Assembly (NCBI GenBank): GCA_023268575.1
Contig: JALRCL010000045.1
Coordinates: forward strand, 1 to 39,735
Direction: 5' to 3'
Source of the DNA: Patulibacter sp.
GTDB taxonomy: Bacteria > Actinomycetota > Thermoleophilia > Solirubrobacterales > Solirubrobacteraceae
Length of the DNA: 39,735 nt
The translations under genes were made by a program, and so were the position numbers. Below the pieces are notes generated by a model. It did not search any database. It was not told the DNA's origin and saw only the letters and a program-made list of their open reading frames with translations. Positions 1 through 8,704 of this stretch are shown here, piece by piece. The stretch's first letter is position 1, and each line of letters begins with the position of its first letter.

Positions 1-2
1 AC

Positions 3-203
3 CGCGAGGGCCGGGGCCGGATCGAGCTGCTCGGCGACGCGCACCGCCTGCTGCTCTACGCGTCGATCGCGATGATCGTCGTCGCCTTCGCGGCCCGCGA
101 CGGCATGATCAGCGACGGCGCCGGCACGGCGCTCTTCATCGTCCTGCTCGTCTCGGCGGCGGCGATGCTCTACGCCGTGTTCCAGCGCTGGCGCGAGGTC
201 TGA
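3..203 (+). CDS. Host membrane protein, 3' part only
   Basis: Open frame REGRGRIELLGDAHRLLLYASIAMIVVAFAARDG...LFIVLLVSAAAMLYAVFQRWREV ending TGA at 201-203; two hydrophobic stretches; start lies outside the window. Confidence 0.7.
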   Translation, partial: REGRGRIELLGDAHRLLLYASIAMIVVAFAARDGMISDGAGTALFIVLLVSAAAMLYAVFQRWREV

Positions 204-260
204 GCCTCGGTCCTCGGACGCCTGGCCGCCGGCCATCCGTCGTCCCACGCCGAGCACGGG

Positions 261-790
261 TCACGCGATGAGCCGGATGGCGAGCGCGTCGGCGAAGCCG
301 CCGGTCGGGTCGTGGCCGCGCATCATCGCGACGATGACCGCGACGTAGTGCTGGGTCTCGCGGTAGGGCGGGATGCAGTTGCAGCGCCCGACCGCGCCCT
401 CGCCGGCGTTGTACGCCGCCAGCGCGAGCTGGACGGAGCCGAAGCGGCGCAGCAGCCCGCGCATGAGCCGCGCCTGGGCGTCGATCGCCCGCTCCGGATC
501 GAACGGGTCCCGCAGGCCCATCGCCTGCGCGGTCGCGGGCATGAACTGCGCGATGCCGCGCGCGCCCGCCGGCGAGACCGCGCGCGGGTCGAACCCCGAC
601 TCCTGGCGCAGCTGCGCGGCGAGCAGCGCCGCCGACACCTGGTGGCGGATGCTCGCTCCGCGGATCGCGTCGCGGTACGCCGCCGGCACCCAGCCGGGCA
701 GGGCCCCGGCGGACGCGGGTCGCGGACGCGCCCCGGGACCCCGCGTCTCGACGGTGCTGCCGACCGCCCGACGGAACTCCCAGTGCCAGT
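261..790 (-). pseudogene. Host lytic transglycosylase (SLT) gene, 5'-truncated by prophage insertion; probably an M15 peptidase-SLT fusion
   Basis: SLT motifs QESGF, GARGIAQFMP and LAAYNAG; the frame stays open upstream of 689 through a Pro/Ala linker to WHWEF, then meets TAA at 798-800 with no start codon in between. Confidence 0.75.
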
Positions 791-810
791 AGACGCCTTA
801 AGGCATACTA
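785..810. other. Probable attL host-prophage junction
   Basis: Host frame breaks here just upstream of the integrase; palindrome GCCTTAAGGC at 795-804; the crossover cannot be fixed without attR. Confidence 0.55.
804..809 (+). promoter_or_regulatory. -10 element (CATACT) of a probable leaderless integrase promoter
   Basis: 7 nt upstream of GTG 817; no Shine-Dalgarno. Confidence 0.5.
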
Positions 811-816
811 CCACCC

Positions 817-2292
817 GTGGCCCCCCCGTACGCCGGATACATCCGAGTCTCCTTCGTCGGACGACGCAAAGGCGACCGATTCCACAGCCCCCAAGAACAA
901 GCCGACGCCATCCGCGACTGGGCACGCCAAAACGAAACCGAAGTCGAGATCCTCGAACCCGAACTCGACCGATCCGGAGGCGACACCTCCCGCCCCATCC
1001 TCGAAACCGCCCTCCGCGGCATCGACGAAGGACGCTACAGCGGACTCGTCGTCGCCTACCTCTCAAGAGTCGCCCGCTCGACCCGCCACACCCTCGAGAT
1101 CTACGAACGCGTAGAGGCCGCCGGAGGACGAGTCGTCGCCGTCGCCGAAAACCTGGACGTGTCAACCGTCGACGGCCGCATGACCCGCACCATCCACTCC
1201 GCCATCGCGCAAGCAGAACTCGAACGACACCGCGAACGATTCGCCGCCCTCCGCCAACGCACAGTCGAGCGGGGCCTCTGGTCCCAGCGGCAAGTGCCCC
1301 TCGGGTACGACAAGGACCCCCAAACCCGAAAGCTGGTCCCGTCGACAGACGCGACCCTCGTCCGCGACCTCTTCCTCCGACGCGCAGCCGGAGACTCCAC
1401 CACAGGCCTCGCAGCCCGCGCCAACATGTCCCGCTCCGGCATCAGAAAGCTGCTGGCTAACCGCGTCTACCTCGGGGAGATCCGCGACGGGGAACACGTC
1501 AACCCCTCCGCCCACGAACCGATCGTCTCGGCGGCCGAGTGGGACGCAGCGCAATCCGCACCGCGTCCATCCCGACAGCCCCCGAAGCGCAGCCCGGCCC
1601 TGCTAGCGGGAATGGTCTGGTGCGGTTCATGCGGCCGCCGAATGACCCGCGGCGGCAACGCAAAGGTGAAGGGCGGATTCATCTACCGATGCTCGGACAC
1701 CGGCCGATGCCCAGGACCGGCGTCCATCGTCGCGTTTCGCCTTGACGAGTGGGTCGAGTCTCTGGCGGTGAAGGCGCTACGCCAGACCGCTGCGCGCCCG
1801 TCAGTCGACGAGCGTGTCGAACAGACCCAGGTGGCTCTCAAGCGCGCCGAAGCAGAGCTTGAAGCGTTCACGCTTGCCGTAAGCGCCGCCGACGTCGGAG
1901 TCGAGACGTTCCGATTGGGGATCGAGACGCGACGAAAGGCCGTTCTTGAGGCGAGGCTCGAACTTGAGAGGATCGCCCCACGATCGAGTCTCCCGGACGA
2001 AGTTCTAAGCCTGTGGCCGCAGATGTCTCAGGCGAAGCGGGGGGAGGTCCTACGCGGCCTCTTCGAGGCAGTCGTCGTCTGGCCGTCCGGCGGCACCCTG
2101 TTTCGTGGGGCGCCTGTCTCTGATCGCGCCCAGGTCTACTGGCCGGGCAGCGAGATTGTCCCCGACATCCGAAGCGTCACCGCTCGCGGTGGCGCGCCCA
2201 TCGTCCCCATCGAGAGACATGACGATGGGGACCCACGGGTAGCCAGTTTCGCGCTCCCTGATTCGAGCGAACGCCGCCGCGGCGCGCTGTAG
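817..2292 (+). CDS. int: Large serine recombinase (phage integrase)
   Basis: YIRVS catalytic motif, SG...RP, LSRVAR, PLGY recombinase domain, CGSCG...YRC zinc ribbon, coiled coil; 491 aa. Confidence 0.95.
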   Translation: MAPPYAGYIRVSFVGRRKGDRFHSPQEQADAIRDWARQNETEVEILEPELDRSGGDTSRPILETALRGIDEGRYSGLVVAYLSRVARSTRHTLEIYERVEAAGGRVVAVAENLDVSTVDGRMTRTIHSAIAQAELERHRERFAALRQRTVERGLWSQRQVPLGYDKDPQTRKLVPSTDATLVRDLFLRRAAGDSTTGLAARANMSRSGIRKLLANRVYLGEIRDGEHVNPSAHEPIVSAAEWDAAQSAPRPSRQPPKRSPALLAGMVWCGSCGRRMTRGGNAKVKGGFIYRCSDTGRCPGPASIVAFRLDEWVESLAVKALRQTAARPSVDERVEQTQVALKRAEAELEAFTLAVSAADVGVETFRLGIETRRKAVLEARLELERIAPRSSLPDEVLSLWPQMSQAKRGEVLRGLFEAVVVWPSGGTLFRGAPVSDRAQVYWPGSEIVPDIRSVTARGGAPIVPIERHDDGDPRVASFALPDSSERRRGAL

Positions 2293-2325
2293 GCCCAGTT
2301 CACGGTAGGGGTTCGGGTCGGCCAT
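2050..2325 (-). CDS. Small protein antisense to the integrase 3' end; candidate recombination directionality factor
   Basis: ATG 2325 lies 5 nt after the stop of the preceding early gene; MADPNPYRELGLQRAAAAFARIRERETGYPWVPIV..., 91 aa. Confidence 0.5.
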   Translation of the reverse strand: MADPNPYRELGLQRAAAAFARIRERETGYPWVPIVMSLDGDDGRATASGDASDVGDNLAARPVDLGAIRDRRPTKQGAAGRPDDDCLEEAA

Positions 2326-2330
2326 CGTGG

Positions 2331-2531
2331 TCAGTCGGTGTGTGTGCCGGTCTGGTCCGGCGGGTTCTCCAACAAGCACTCCGACACCGGATGGAGCCAC
2401 TTCGCCCACGTCCCGGCGCTGATGCTGGCGCGCGACCCGGTCGACGACCGGATGTCGAGCAGGTGGTTGCATCGGCCGGCGAGCGTCCAGGGGCGGCCAT
2501 GCGGGTCGATGCGGATCTCCGGGGTGCTCAC
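2331..2531 (-). CDS. Hypothetical phage protein
   Basis: GGAGG RBS; GTGA overlap with upstream gene. Confidence 0.65.
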   Translation of the reverse strand: MSTPEIRIDPHGRPWTLAGRCNHLLDIRSSTGSRASISAGTWAKWLHPVSECLLENPPDQTGTHTD

Positions 2532-2863
2532 CGGTCCTCCTCGGTGTTCTGGTTCGCCCCACGAGCGGCAGCCATCCGGTACGGCCGGAGGGCGTCGCTC
2601 GCGACCTCGGCCGGCGTCTGCCAGCGCTGCCCGCCCGGCGGCAGCTCGCCGCGCGGGTTAAGCACCACGCGCCGCGGCGTCTTGCCCTTCGCGACGAGCG
2701 CCCGGTCCCGCGCGCTCGGGTAGTCGTACTCGGTCTTGTCGAGCCGGCCGCAGCGCTCCAGCGCTTCGCGCAGTCGATCAACCTGGCGCAGCGCAGCGTC
2801 TCGCTCGTGGCGCAGGACGCGCGCCTCGGAGACCGCCGCAACGAGCACCGACTCACTCACCAT
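2528..2863 (-). CDS. Hypothetical phage protein with coiled coil
   Basis: Coupled to neighbours; GGAGG upstream. Confidence 0.65.
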   Translation of the reverse strand: MVSESVLVAAVSEARVLRHERDAALRQVDRLREALERCGRLDKTEYDYPSARDRALVAKGKTPRRVVLNPRGELPPGGQRWQTPAEVASDALRPYRMAAARGANQNTEEDR

Positions 2864-3716
2864 CGGTCTTCCCCTCCTGCCGCGGTGCGGCGACTTGGCT
2901 TTCGGTGCCGAGTTCCAAGTTCTCGGCGTTCGGCTTGGCCCCAGCTCCGGGGATGACCAGCTCGCCGCTCCCGACCTCCGTGGCGAAGAACTCGGCGCCC
3001 ATGACGCGCAGCCAGTCCTCCTCGGTCAGGTTGCGGTGGATCGACGTGTCGTTGGCGACCATCCAGCGCGCTAGGTCGCGTCGCCCGGCCGCGTCGTCTG
3101 GGAAGACCGGCGACACCGGTCCTCCCTCGCTGACCGTCTGCCAGAGCTGGATGTGGTCCCCGGTCGGCGGCTGGGGGTCCCACGCCTCCCACGCAGCCTT
3201 GTGCTCGGCGTCCCGCCACGAGCAGCCCTCGCCGTCGCAGACGCCGCACGTCACGCTTGCGCCGAGCAGACCGCAGCGGAAGACGGTGAGCCGGTACTCC
3301 GCGCTGGAGTCGAGACGCAGCGGGTGATCCCAGCCAGCGCGGGAGCGCGTGGCCTCGTTGACCTCGTCCGCCGTCGGGCGCAGGTAGAGCCAGTGCGCGC
3401 GACCCTGGGGGTTCCGGGCAGTCGGCAGCGACCAGCCGCACCGGACCCGGAACGCTCCCCGGTCTGCGAGGTGGTCGACGTCCTGCTGCGTGAGCCTGTC
3501 GCGCCAGCCATGGCCGTCGCCGACGTTGTGGCCCCAGAAGGTGCTCTGGAGCCAGCGGGCGGTCGGGCTCCAGCCCGAGGCGGCGCACGCCCCGCACGGG
3601 ATCTCGCGCAGCTCGGCCGGCCGGAACCAGCCCGCCCAGGTCTCGCCGATCGGGGTGTCGAAGTCGGCGGGGACGTTGCGCAGCTCGCGGTTGCCCATCA
3701 TCAGGGCAGGCATCAC
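2853..3716 (-). CDS. Hypothetical phage protein with split CxxC zinc-ribbon motifs
   Basis: CGACAASG and CGVCDGEG; GGAGG RBS. Confidence 0.75.
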   Translation of the reverse strand: MMPALMMGNRELRNVPADFDTPIGETWAGWFRPAELREIPCGACAASGWSPTARWLQSTFWGHNVGDGHGWRDRLTQQDVDHLADRGAFRVRCGWSLPTARNPQGRAHWLYLRPTADEVNEATRSRAGWDHPLRLDSSAEYRLTVFRCGLLGASVTCGVCDGEGCSWRDAEHKAAWEAWDPQPPTGDHIQLWQTVSEGGPVSPVFPDDAAGRRDLARWMVANDTSIHRNLTEEDWLRVMGAEFFATEVGSGELVIPGAGAKPNAENLELGTESQVAAPRQEGKTDGE

Positions 3717-4024
3717 GCACCTCCGTTCGTGTTCTGCTGCTGCCGCTGGGCGGCGCTCTCGGTCGCCCCATCGGCGGGGGCGATCGAGAGCGGGGCGATC
3801 CGGTGCTCGAACAGGTCCGCGAGGGCAGTCGCCGAGAAGGTGACAACCGCCTCGCGTCGATCGACCGCCCCGGGGGCGTTGCTCTCCACCATCTGCCGGA
3901 CCGTCTCGTCCCAGTCGTCCTGCGGGATGACCTCCCAGGTGTCTTCCTCGATCGCCCCGCAGACGATCGGGCGGATGAAGTCGGGGTCTCGGGCGACGAC
4001 CAGCCGCACCCTCACGTCAGCCAT
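3713..4024 (-). CDS. Hypothetical phage protein
   Basis: Start moved to ATG 4024 (MADVRVRLVV) after AGGAG. Confidence 0.7.
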   Translation of the reverse strand: MADVRVRLVVARDPDFIRPIVCGAIEEDTWEVIPQDDWDETVRQMVESNAPGAVDRREAVVTFSATALADLFEHRIAPLSIAPADGATESAAQRQQQNTNGGA

Positions 4025-4247
4025 CGTTCCGCTCCTGCCGCGGTGCCGTGTCCGGCACACGGGTGTCGGCAGCACCGAACGCCCCATGCAGCGCCTCGTC
4101 GAGGAAGATCCCGAGCTTCGAGAGCGTGTGCGTCAGGTTCGCCCGCTCGCGCTCGTCGGCCAGGCACTCGGCCTCGCCGACGGCCTTGCGGTACTTCGAC
4201 CGGGCCGCCTTGAGCGACTCCCAGTCGACGCGCATCTGGTCAGCCAC
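4017..4247 (-). CDS. Hypothetical phage protein
   Basis: GTG 4247 (ADQMRVDWESLKAA); helical; fills the gap between coupled genes. Confidence 0.6.
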   Translation of the reverse strand: MADQMRVDWESLKAARSKYRKAVGEAECLADERERANLTHTLSKLGIFLDEALHGAFGAADTRVPDTAPRQERNDG

Positions 4248-4605
4248 GGTGGGCCCCTTCGCACCGCGACTGATCGGCCACGCCGGAGCACGACGGCGCA
4301 TCAGCAGGCCCGCCAGTCGCGCGCCACGCGGCCTCGTCGTCCTGGTCGCCGAGAACGTGAGGTCCTGCGTGGCCCGCCGGCTGGCAGCACCGGGCGTTCG
4401 GGCTGCCGAGATCGGCCCCGCAACGCACCTCCTTCTGCCGCGGGTCGGTGACGATCCGGAGGTTCCAGGTCGCGCCGGAGCGGCGGAGCTTCTCGGCGTC
4501 GTCCTCGGCCTCGACGCGCGAGGTGCGCCACGGCATCTTGGCGTCGACCTGGCCTTCCGGGTAGCGCCCGACGGCGCGGTACCGGGTCGGCATCTCAGTG
4601 AGCAT
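4240..4605 (-). CDS. Hypothetical protein with a Cys/His motif
   Basis: ATG 4605 after GGAGG; RCGA...RCCQPAGHAGPH. Confidence 0.6.
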   Translation of the reverse strand: MLTEMPTRYRAVGRYPEGQVDAKMPWRTSRVEAEDDAEKLRRSGATWNLRIVTDPRQKEVRCGADLGSPNARCCQPAGHAGPHVLGDQDDEAAWRATGGPADAPSCSGVADQSRCEGAHRG

Positions 4606-4783
4606 CGGGACCGCCCTCCTTCTGCCGCTTCCGGCGGTCGGGCAGCGTGTAGAGCCACGACGCGATGCGATCGATCCGCGTCCACCGGCGCGGCGCGGCC
4701 TCGAGGCCGTCGAACTGCGCGTAGTGACGCCGGTCGTTCCAGTTGCCAAGGGCGGCGCCCAGGCGGCTCAGACGCTCACGCAT
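4595..4783 (-). CDS. Hypothetical phage protein
   Basis: 62 aa; overlaps both neighbours. Confidence 0.6.
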   Translation of the reverse strand: MRERLSRLGAALGNWNDRRHYAQFDGLEAAPRRWTRIDRIASWLYTLPDRRKRQKEGGPDAH

Positions 4784-5051
4784 CGCTGTTCCCCTTCTGC
4801 CTCAGCGTGGCGGCGGCATGCTCGTCCAGGAGGCGACGGATCTTCACGATGACCCCCATGTGGTCGACCCCGTCCTCGCCGCTGTAGCCCGCGACGATGT
4901 CGACGATGCCGTCGGCGACCGTGTCGTCCAGTCCGTTGACGACGAGGTCGAAGGACCCGTCGCGCAGCTCTGCCAGCCGAACCCCGACGCAACCAACGCC
5001 CCTCTGGGCGTCGGCCAGCCACTCCTGCGAGACGTTGACGAGGAGCTTCAT
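4776..5051 (-). CDS. Hypothetical protein; N-terminus paralogous to 8309-8704
   Basis: ATG 5051, ATGA overlap; MKLLVNVSQ...RDGSFDLVVNG. Confidence 0.75.
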   Translation of the reverse strand: MKLLVNVSQEWLADAQRGVGCVGVRLAELRDGSFDLVVNGLDDTVADGIVDIVAGYSGEDGVDHMGVIVKIRRLLDEHAAATLRQKGNSDA

Positions 5052-5278
5052 CGCTCCGTCTCCGTGTTCTGGTCCTGCCGCTGCCCAGAGGCCAGGGGCG
5101 GCTCGATGACCTCCGGGGTCACGAACGGCGGGACGTCGTCGTAGGTCGCGCTCTTGGCTTCGGCCTCGGTGGCGAAGACGCCGATGAAGCGGTTGTCGTG
5201 AGTGACCGCGCTCCAGACGATGGCGTTGCCCTCCTCGTCGGTGTCCAGGAGGAACGCCCGCTGCGGGTAGGTGGTCAT
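5048..5278 (-). CDS. Hypothetical phage protein
   Basis: GGAGG RBS; ATGA overlaps at both ends. Confidence 0.7.
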   Translation of the reverse strand: MTTYPQRAFLLDTDEEGNAIVWSAVTHDNRFIGVFATEAEAKSATYDDVPPFVTPEVIEPPLASGQRQDQNTETER

Positions 5279-5547
5279 GGGGTGCCCTCCTCGGGCTCGG
5301 TGGTGTTCGGGTAGGTCCCAGAAGCAGGAACCCGACGCGCCTCAACCCCAAGCCCGCCAAGCACCACCCGCAAAGCCACCTCCGGCTCACCAGCCTCCAA
5401 CGCCACAGCCGCCAACTCGAGCGCACAACGAGCCGAATCCCGCTCGCTCTCCGCCTTCATCAACAGGTTCCGCGCACGGTCCAGCCGCGCCTGCGGAGTC
5501 GCAGCGTTGTGCGTCAGCCGCCGCTGGGCAACACGTCCCGGGCGCAT
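5275..5547 (-). CDS. Hypothetical phage protein
   Basis: TGATG coupling to ssb. Confidence 0.55.
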   Translation of the reverse strand: MRPGRVAQRRLTHNAATPQARLDRARNLLMKAESERDSARCALELAAVALEAGEPEVALRVVLGGLGVEARRVPASGTYPNTTEPEEGTP

Positions 5548-5963
5548 CAGAACGGGATCTCCTCAGCGACACCGTCGCTGCCGCTGGCCGCCGGTGCTGG
5601 CTGCTGCGTGTGGGCCGGAGGCGCAGCGTTCTCTTCGCGGGCACCAATGAACTGGACCTCCTGCGCGACAATCTCGACCGCCTCGCGCTTGTTGCCCTGC
5701 TGGTCCTGCCACTCCCGCCACCGCAGCCGTCCGTCAACGGCGACCTGACGACCCTTGGCCAGGAACCGGCCCGCGGCCTCGGCCGCGTTGCCGAACACGG
5801 TGACATTGAAGTAGTTGGGCTCGTCGATCCAGGTGCCGGTCTGGTCCTTACGGCGGCTGTTGACGGCGACGCGGAGGGTGCAGACAGCTCCGCCGGTCGG
5901 GAGGTTTCGGATCTCGGGGTCCCGGGTGAGGTTCCCGACGATCGTGGCGCGGTTGATGGGCAT
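5547..5963 (-). CDS. ssb: Single-stranded DNA-binding protein
   Basis: INRATIVGNLTRDPEIR...KGRQVAVDGRL; acidic tail EEIPF. Confidence 0.97.
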   Translation of the reverse strand: MPINRATIVGNLTRDPEIRNLPTGGAVCTLRVAVNSRRKDQTGTWIDEPNYFNVTVFGNAAEAAGRFLAKGRQVAVDGRLRWREWQDQQGNKREAVEIVAQEVQFIGAREENAAPPAHTQQPAPAASGSDGVAEEIPF

Positions 5964-5969
5964 GTGGGT

Positions 5970-6752
5970 TCAGTTCTGGGTGGGGAGTTGGGCGGGCTTG
6001 CGGCGCGTGGCGCCGGTGAGCACGACGCGGACGCAGTGCTCTTGCAGGCGGTCAGCGATCGTTTCCCCGATCGGCTGGGGCCATCGGCGGGCGAGGTCTT
6101 GGAGCGGCAGGTTCGATGTGACGACGAGCGGCTGTTCGTTGACGTACGCCTCGTTGATGGCGGCGAAGATCTGGCTGGCGGCGTAGTCGGTGCCGCGGGC
6201 TTTGTCGAGGTCGTCGAGGGCGACCATTTGGCGGCCGGAGAGCAGCTCGTTGGCGACGCGTCGTTCGTCCGATCCGAACTCGGCTTGGAGGTCGTTGACG
6301 AGGATCGGTGCGGAGCGCCAGATGCCGGGGGTGTGCTGGAGGCGTCGCGCGAACGCCCAGCCAGCGATCGTTGTCTTTCCGAGGCCGGGCGGGCCGGTGA
6401 AGAGGAGGCCGTTGATCGTGCCGTTGGCGAACTCGACGGCGGCCTTCATCGCGTCGTGCGGTGGCGCGGTGAGGGTCGGGTTGACGAGCTTGCGCGGGAT
6501 GCCGGAGGCGCCGATGCGGCGGCGCCACCGTTCGCGGAGCCAGTTGGCGTGGATCTCCTCGTATTCGGCGGCGATGGTGCGCTCGCGCTCGGCGGCTTCG
6601 TTGGCGTTGCAGTCGTCGCAGGCGCGCCAGGTGACGTTGCCGTTGTGGCGCTTGTAGGTGGCGGCGCTGACTTCGACGGTGAGCTTGGTGCCGCAGATGC
6701 GGCAGGTGGTGTCGGCGGTGATGGAGGGTCCGCCTGCGGCTTTGAGGGTCAT
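5970..6752 (-). CDS. DnaC/IstB-like AAA+ helicase loader
   Basis: N-terminal CxxC pairs; Walker A GPPGLGKT; Walker B VALDDL; VVTSN; IADRL. Confidence 0.9.
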   Translation of the reverse strand: MTLKAAGGPSITADTTCRICGTKLTVEVSAATYKRHNGNVTWRACDDCNANEAAERERTIAAEYEEIHANWLRERWRRRIGASGIPRKLVNPTLTAPPHDAMKAAVEFANGTINGLLFTGPPGLGKTTIAGWAFARRLQHTPGIWRSAPILVNDLQAEFGSDERRVANELLSGRQMVALDDLDKARGTDYAASQIFAAINEAYVNEQPLVVTSNLPLQDLARRWPQPIGETIADRLQEHCVRVVLTGATRRKPAQLPTQN

Positions 6753-7471
6753 GCGGCTCCTCCGGTGGAGGGGTTGTCGGCGAAGCGCGAGAAGTCGCGG
6801 TCACGGGTGGCTCCCGGTAGCCGGACGACGTTCTGGCTGGTGTCGCGGTGCTGCGGTGCGGGTCCGGACAGGAACGTCTTGAGCGCGGCGACTGGGTTCT
6901 TGATCGTCTGGCCGCGTGCCCAGTCGGCGCATGCGGAGACGCGCTCGAGGAGGTTCGCGTTGGGGTGCTGGTCAGCGAGGCGCGCGACCTGGCTGATGGG
7001 GATGTCGAGGCCGGCGTCGAGAAGCGTCGCGTGCGCGGCGACGATCGCGGGATCGGTTTCGGGGGTTGTGGTCCCGGAAGCGGGGGCTGGCCGTGGAGGC
7101 TTTGGTGTTGCGGGGGTGGCTGTCGGGCCGTTGTTGTCGGGGCGGCGCTTGCGGTTGCGGTCCTTCTGGCGCTTCTCCTCGAGGGAGGCCCGGGAGGGGT
7201 TGTAGTCCAGGTAGTCGTGGACCCTGATCGTTCCGTCGGGTTCGCGTTCGAAGAGGCCGGTGTCGATGAGGACTTGGAGGACGCGGGTGCGTTCCTGCTT
7301 GTTGGGGAGGCGTTCGTTGAGCCAGAGGTCGTCGATGAGGCCGTCGGTTTCGTGGCGGGCGCAGTGGGTGATGGCCATGGCGTGGAGGCCGGTGGCGGCG
7401 CGGTCGGTGTGCCAGGCGCGCTTGAGCTTGGGGTGGTCGTCGTAGCGGTCGTCGAAGCGGGCCCAGGTCAT
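6749..7471 (-). CDS. Phage replication initiator
   Basis: ATG 7471; MTWARFDDRYDDHPKL...TDGLI...VHDYLDYNPS then a basic coiled coil and Pro-rich linker; directly upstream of the loader. Confidence 0.8.
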   Translation of the reverse strand: MTWARFDDRYDDHPKLKRAWHTDRAATGLHAMAITHCARHETDGLIDDLWLNERLPNKQERTRVLQVLIDTGLFEREPDGTIRVHDYLDYNPSRASLEEKRQKDRNRKRRPDNNGPTATPATPKPPRPAPASGTTTPETDPAIVAAHATLLDAGLDIPISQVARLADQHPNANLLERVSACADWARGQTIKNPVAALKTFLSGPAPQHRDTSQNVVRLPGATRDRDFSRFADNPSTGGAA

Positions 7472-7788
7472 CGCTGATCGCTTTCGATGAGCCGAAGGAG
7501 GTCTTCGAACGCGACGACGGAGAGCAGGGGCCCTCGGTCCCATCGCGTCACGACGATGGGACGCTCTCCGGGGAGGCACTGGTCGGTGGCCTGCGCCCAG
7601 GAGGTTCGGATCGAGAAGGCGTTCGTGCGCTTGCACTCGATGCTGTAGCCGGGGATGCCGGCGATGTCTCCGCGGCCGTTCTGAGTGCGTCCGTCGCTGG
7701 TGCGTCCGGCGTTGACGAAGCCGTGGTTGCGGCAGATCGTGGCGACTTCGAGTTCGAACGTCTTGCCGCGTCGGCGTGCGTTAGCCAT
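7468..7788 (-). CDS. Holliday junction resolvase-like PD-(D/E)xK nuclease
   Basis: RGKTFELEVA...GDIAG...SIECK. Confidence 0.8.
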   Translation of the reverse strand: MANARRRGKTFELEVATICRNHGFVNAGRTSDGRTQNGRGDIAGIPGYSIECKRTNAFSIRTSWAQATDQCLPGERPIVVTRWDRGPLLSVVAFEDLLRLIESDQR

Positions 7789-8095
7789 CCGTGGGCGCCT
7801 TCGTTCCGTGCTGGTAGTCGGGGTCGCCGAGGTCTTGTGCGAGTTGGGTCAGCTCGTCGAGACGCTTCTCCTTCGCCCCAATCGCGAGGGCGGCGCGGAG
7901 CGAGCGGGCCTGCGCGAGCACCTTGTCCGGCTCGCCGCGGTCGCGTTCGATGCGGTCCAGCCAGAGGGCCGCGACCGCCCGCAGCCGCTCGACCTCAGCC
8001 TGGGCACCGGCCATGGCGTCGACGAACGCCTTCTCGCGCTGGGACAGCTCGCGGTAGATCTCACCGTCAGGGCCGACAAACTCAGCGGGCATCAC
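7781..8095 (-). CDS. Hypothetical coiled-coil protein
   Basis: GTGA overlap with upstream gene; AQAEVERLR. Confidence 0.65.
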   Translation of the reverse strand: MMPAEFVGPDGEIYRELSQREKAFVDAMAGAQAEVERLRAVAALWLDRIERDRGEPDKVLAQARSLRAALAIGAKEKRLDELTQLAQDLGDPDYQHGTKAPTDG

Positions 8096-8319
8096 GGCAG
8101 GTACTCCATGAGGAACCCGACGTCCATCCGCGAGGTTGCGGCGAGAATCGATCCGTCGGCGCGCAGGATGCCCCCGCCGCCACCCTCGGACCACTGGACC
8201 CGGATGCCGCCCGGCGACTCCCAGGCGTGATTGTCGGTGCCAGTCGGCTCGACGCGGTGATAGAGGTCAGAGACGAGGTAGGCCACGACCTCCTCGGTCT
8301 CGGTCAGGTCACGCGACAT
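8092..8319 (-). CDS. Hypothetical phage protein
   Basis: ATG 8319 (MSRDLTETEEV) after GGAGG. Confidence 0.65.
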   Translation of the reverse strand: MSRDLTETEEVVAYLVSDLYHRVEPTGTDNHAWESPGGIRVQWSEGGGGGILRADGSILAATSRMDVGFLMEYLP

Positions 8320-8704
8320 CGCCGGCCCCCTCCTGCTGCTTGGGGGCGGCAGCCTCGCGGACCAGGATCGCGTCCCAACGCTCGAACGGGCCGCACTTGA
8401 CCCACCACGACACCGGCACCTCCGCACCCGTGTCGAACTCCATCTCCGTGTCGGTCCGGATCAGCCCCTCGGGCTCGATCCAGCCGTCGGCGGGGATGCG
8501 TCGCTCGTGCCCACGCGGCCGCCGCTTGGCGTGCGACCACTTGCCGCAGGTCGCACACCGCCACATCGTCTCGGGCGCGCCGCCGCCCTGGATCACGACG
8601 TCGAACGAGCCGTCGCGCGTCTCGAGGAGCCGGACGAGGGAGCACTGGACCCCCTGCCGGAAGGCGGGAAGCAGCGTCTGGTGGATGTTGACAAGGATCT
8701 TCAC
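8309..8704 (-). CDS. Hypothetical Cys/His protein; N-terminus paralogous to 4776-5051
   Basis: MKILVNIHQ...RDGSFDVVIQG, then CATCGKWSH...H...C. Confidence 0.75.
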   Translation of the reverse strand: MKILVNIHQTLLPAFRQGVQCSLVRLLETRDGSFDVVIQGGGAPETMWRCATCGKWSHAKRRPRGHERRIPADGWIEPEGLIRTDTEMEFDTGAEVPVSWWVKCGPFERWDAILVREAAAPKQQEGAGDVA

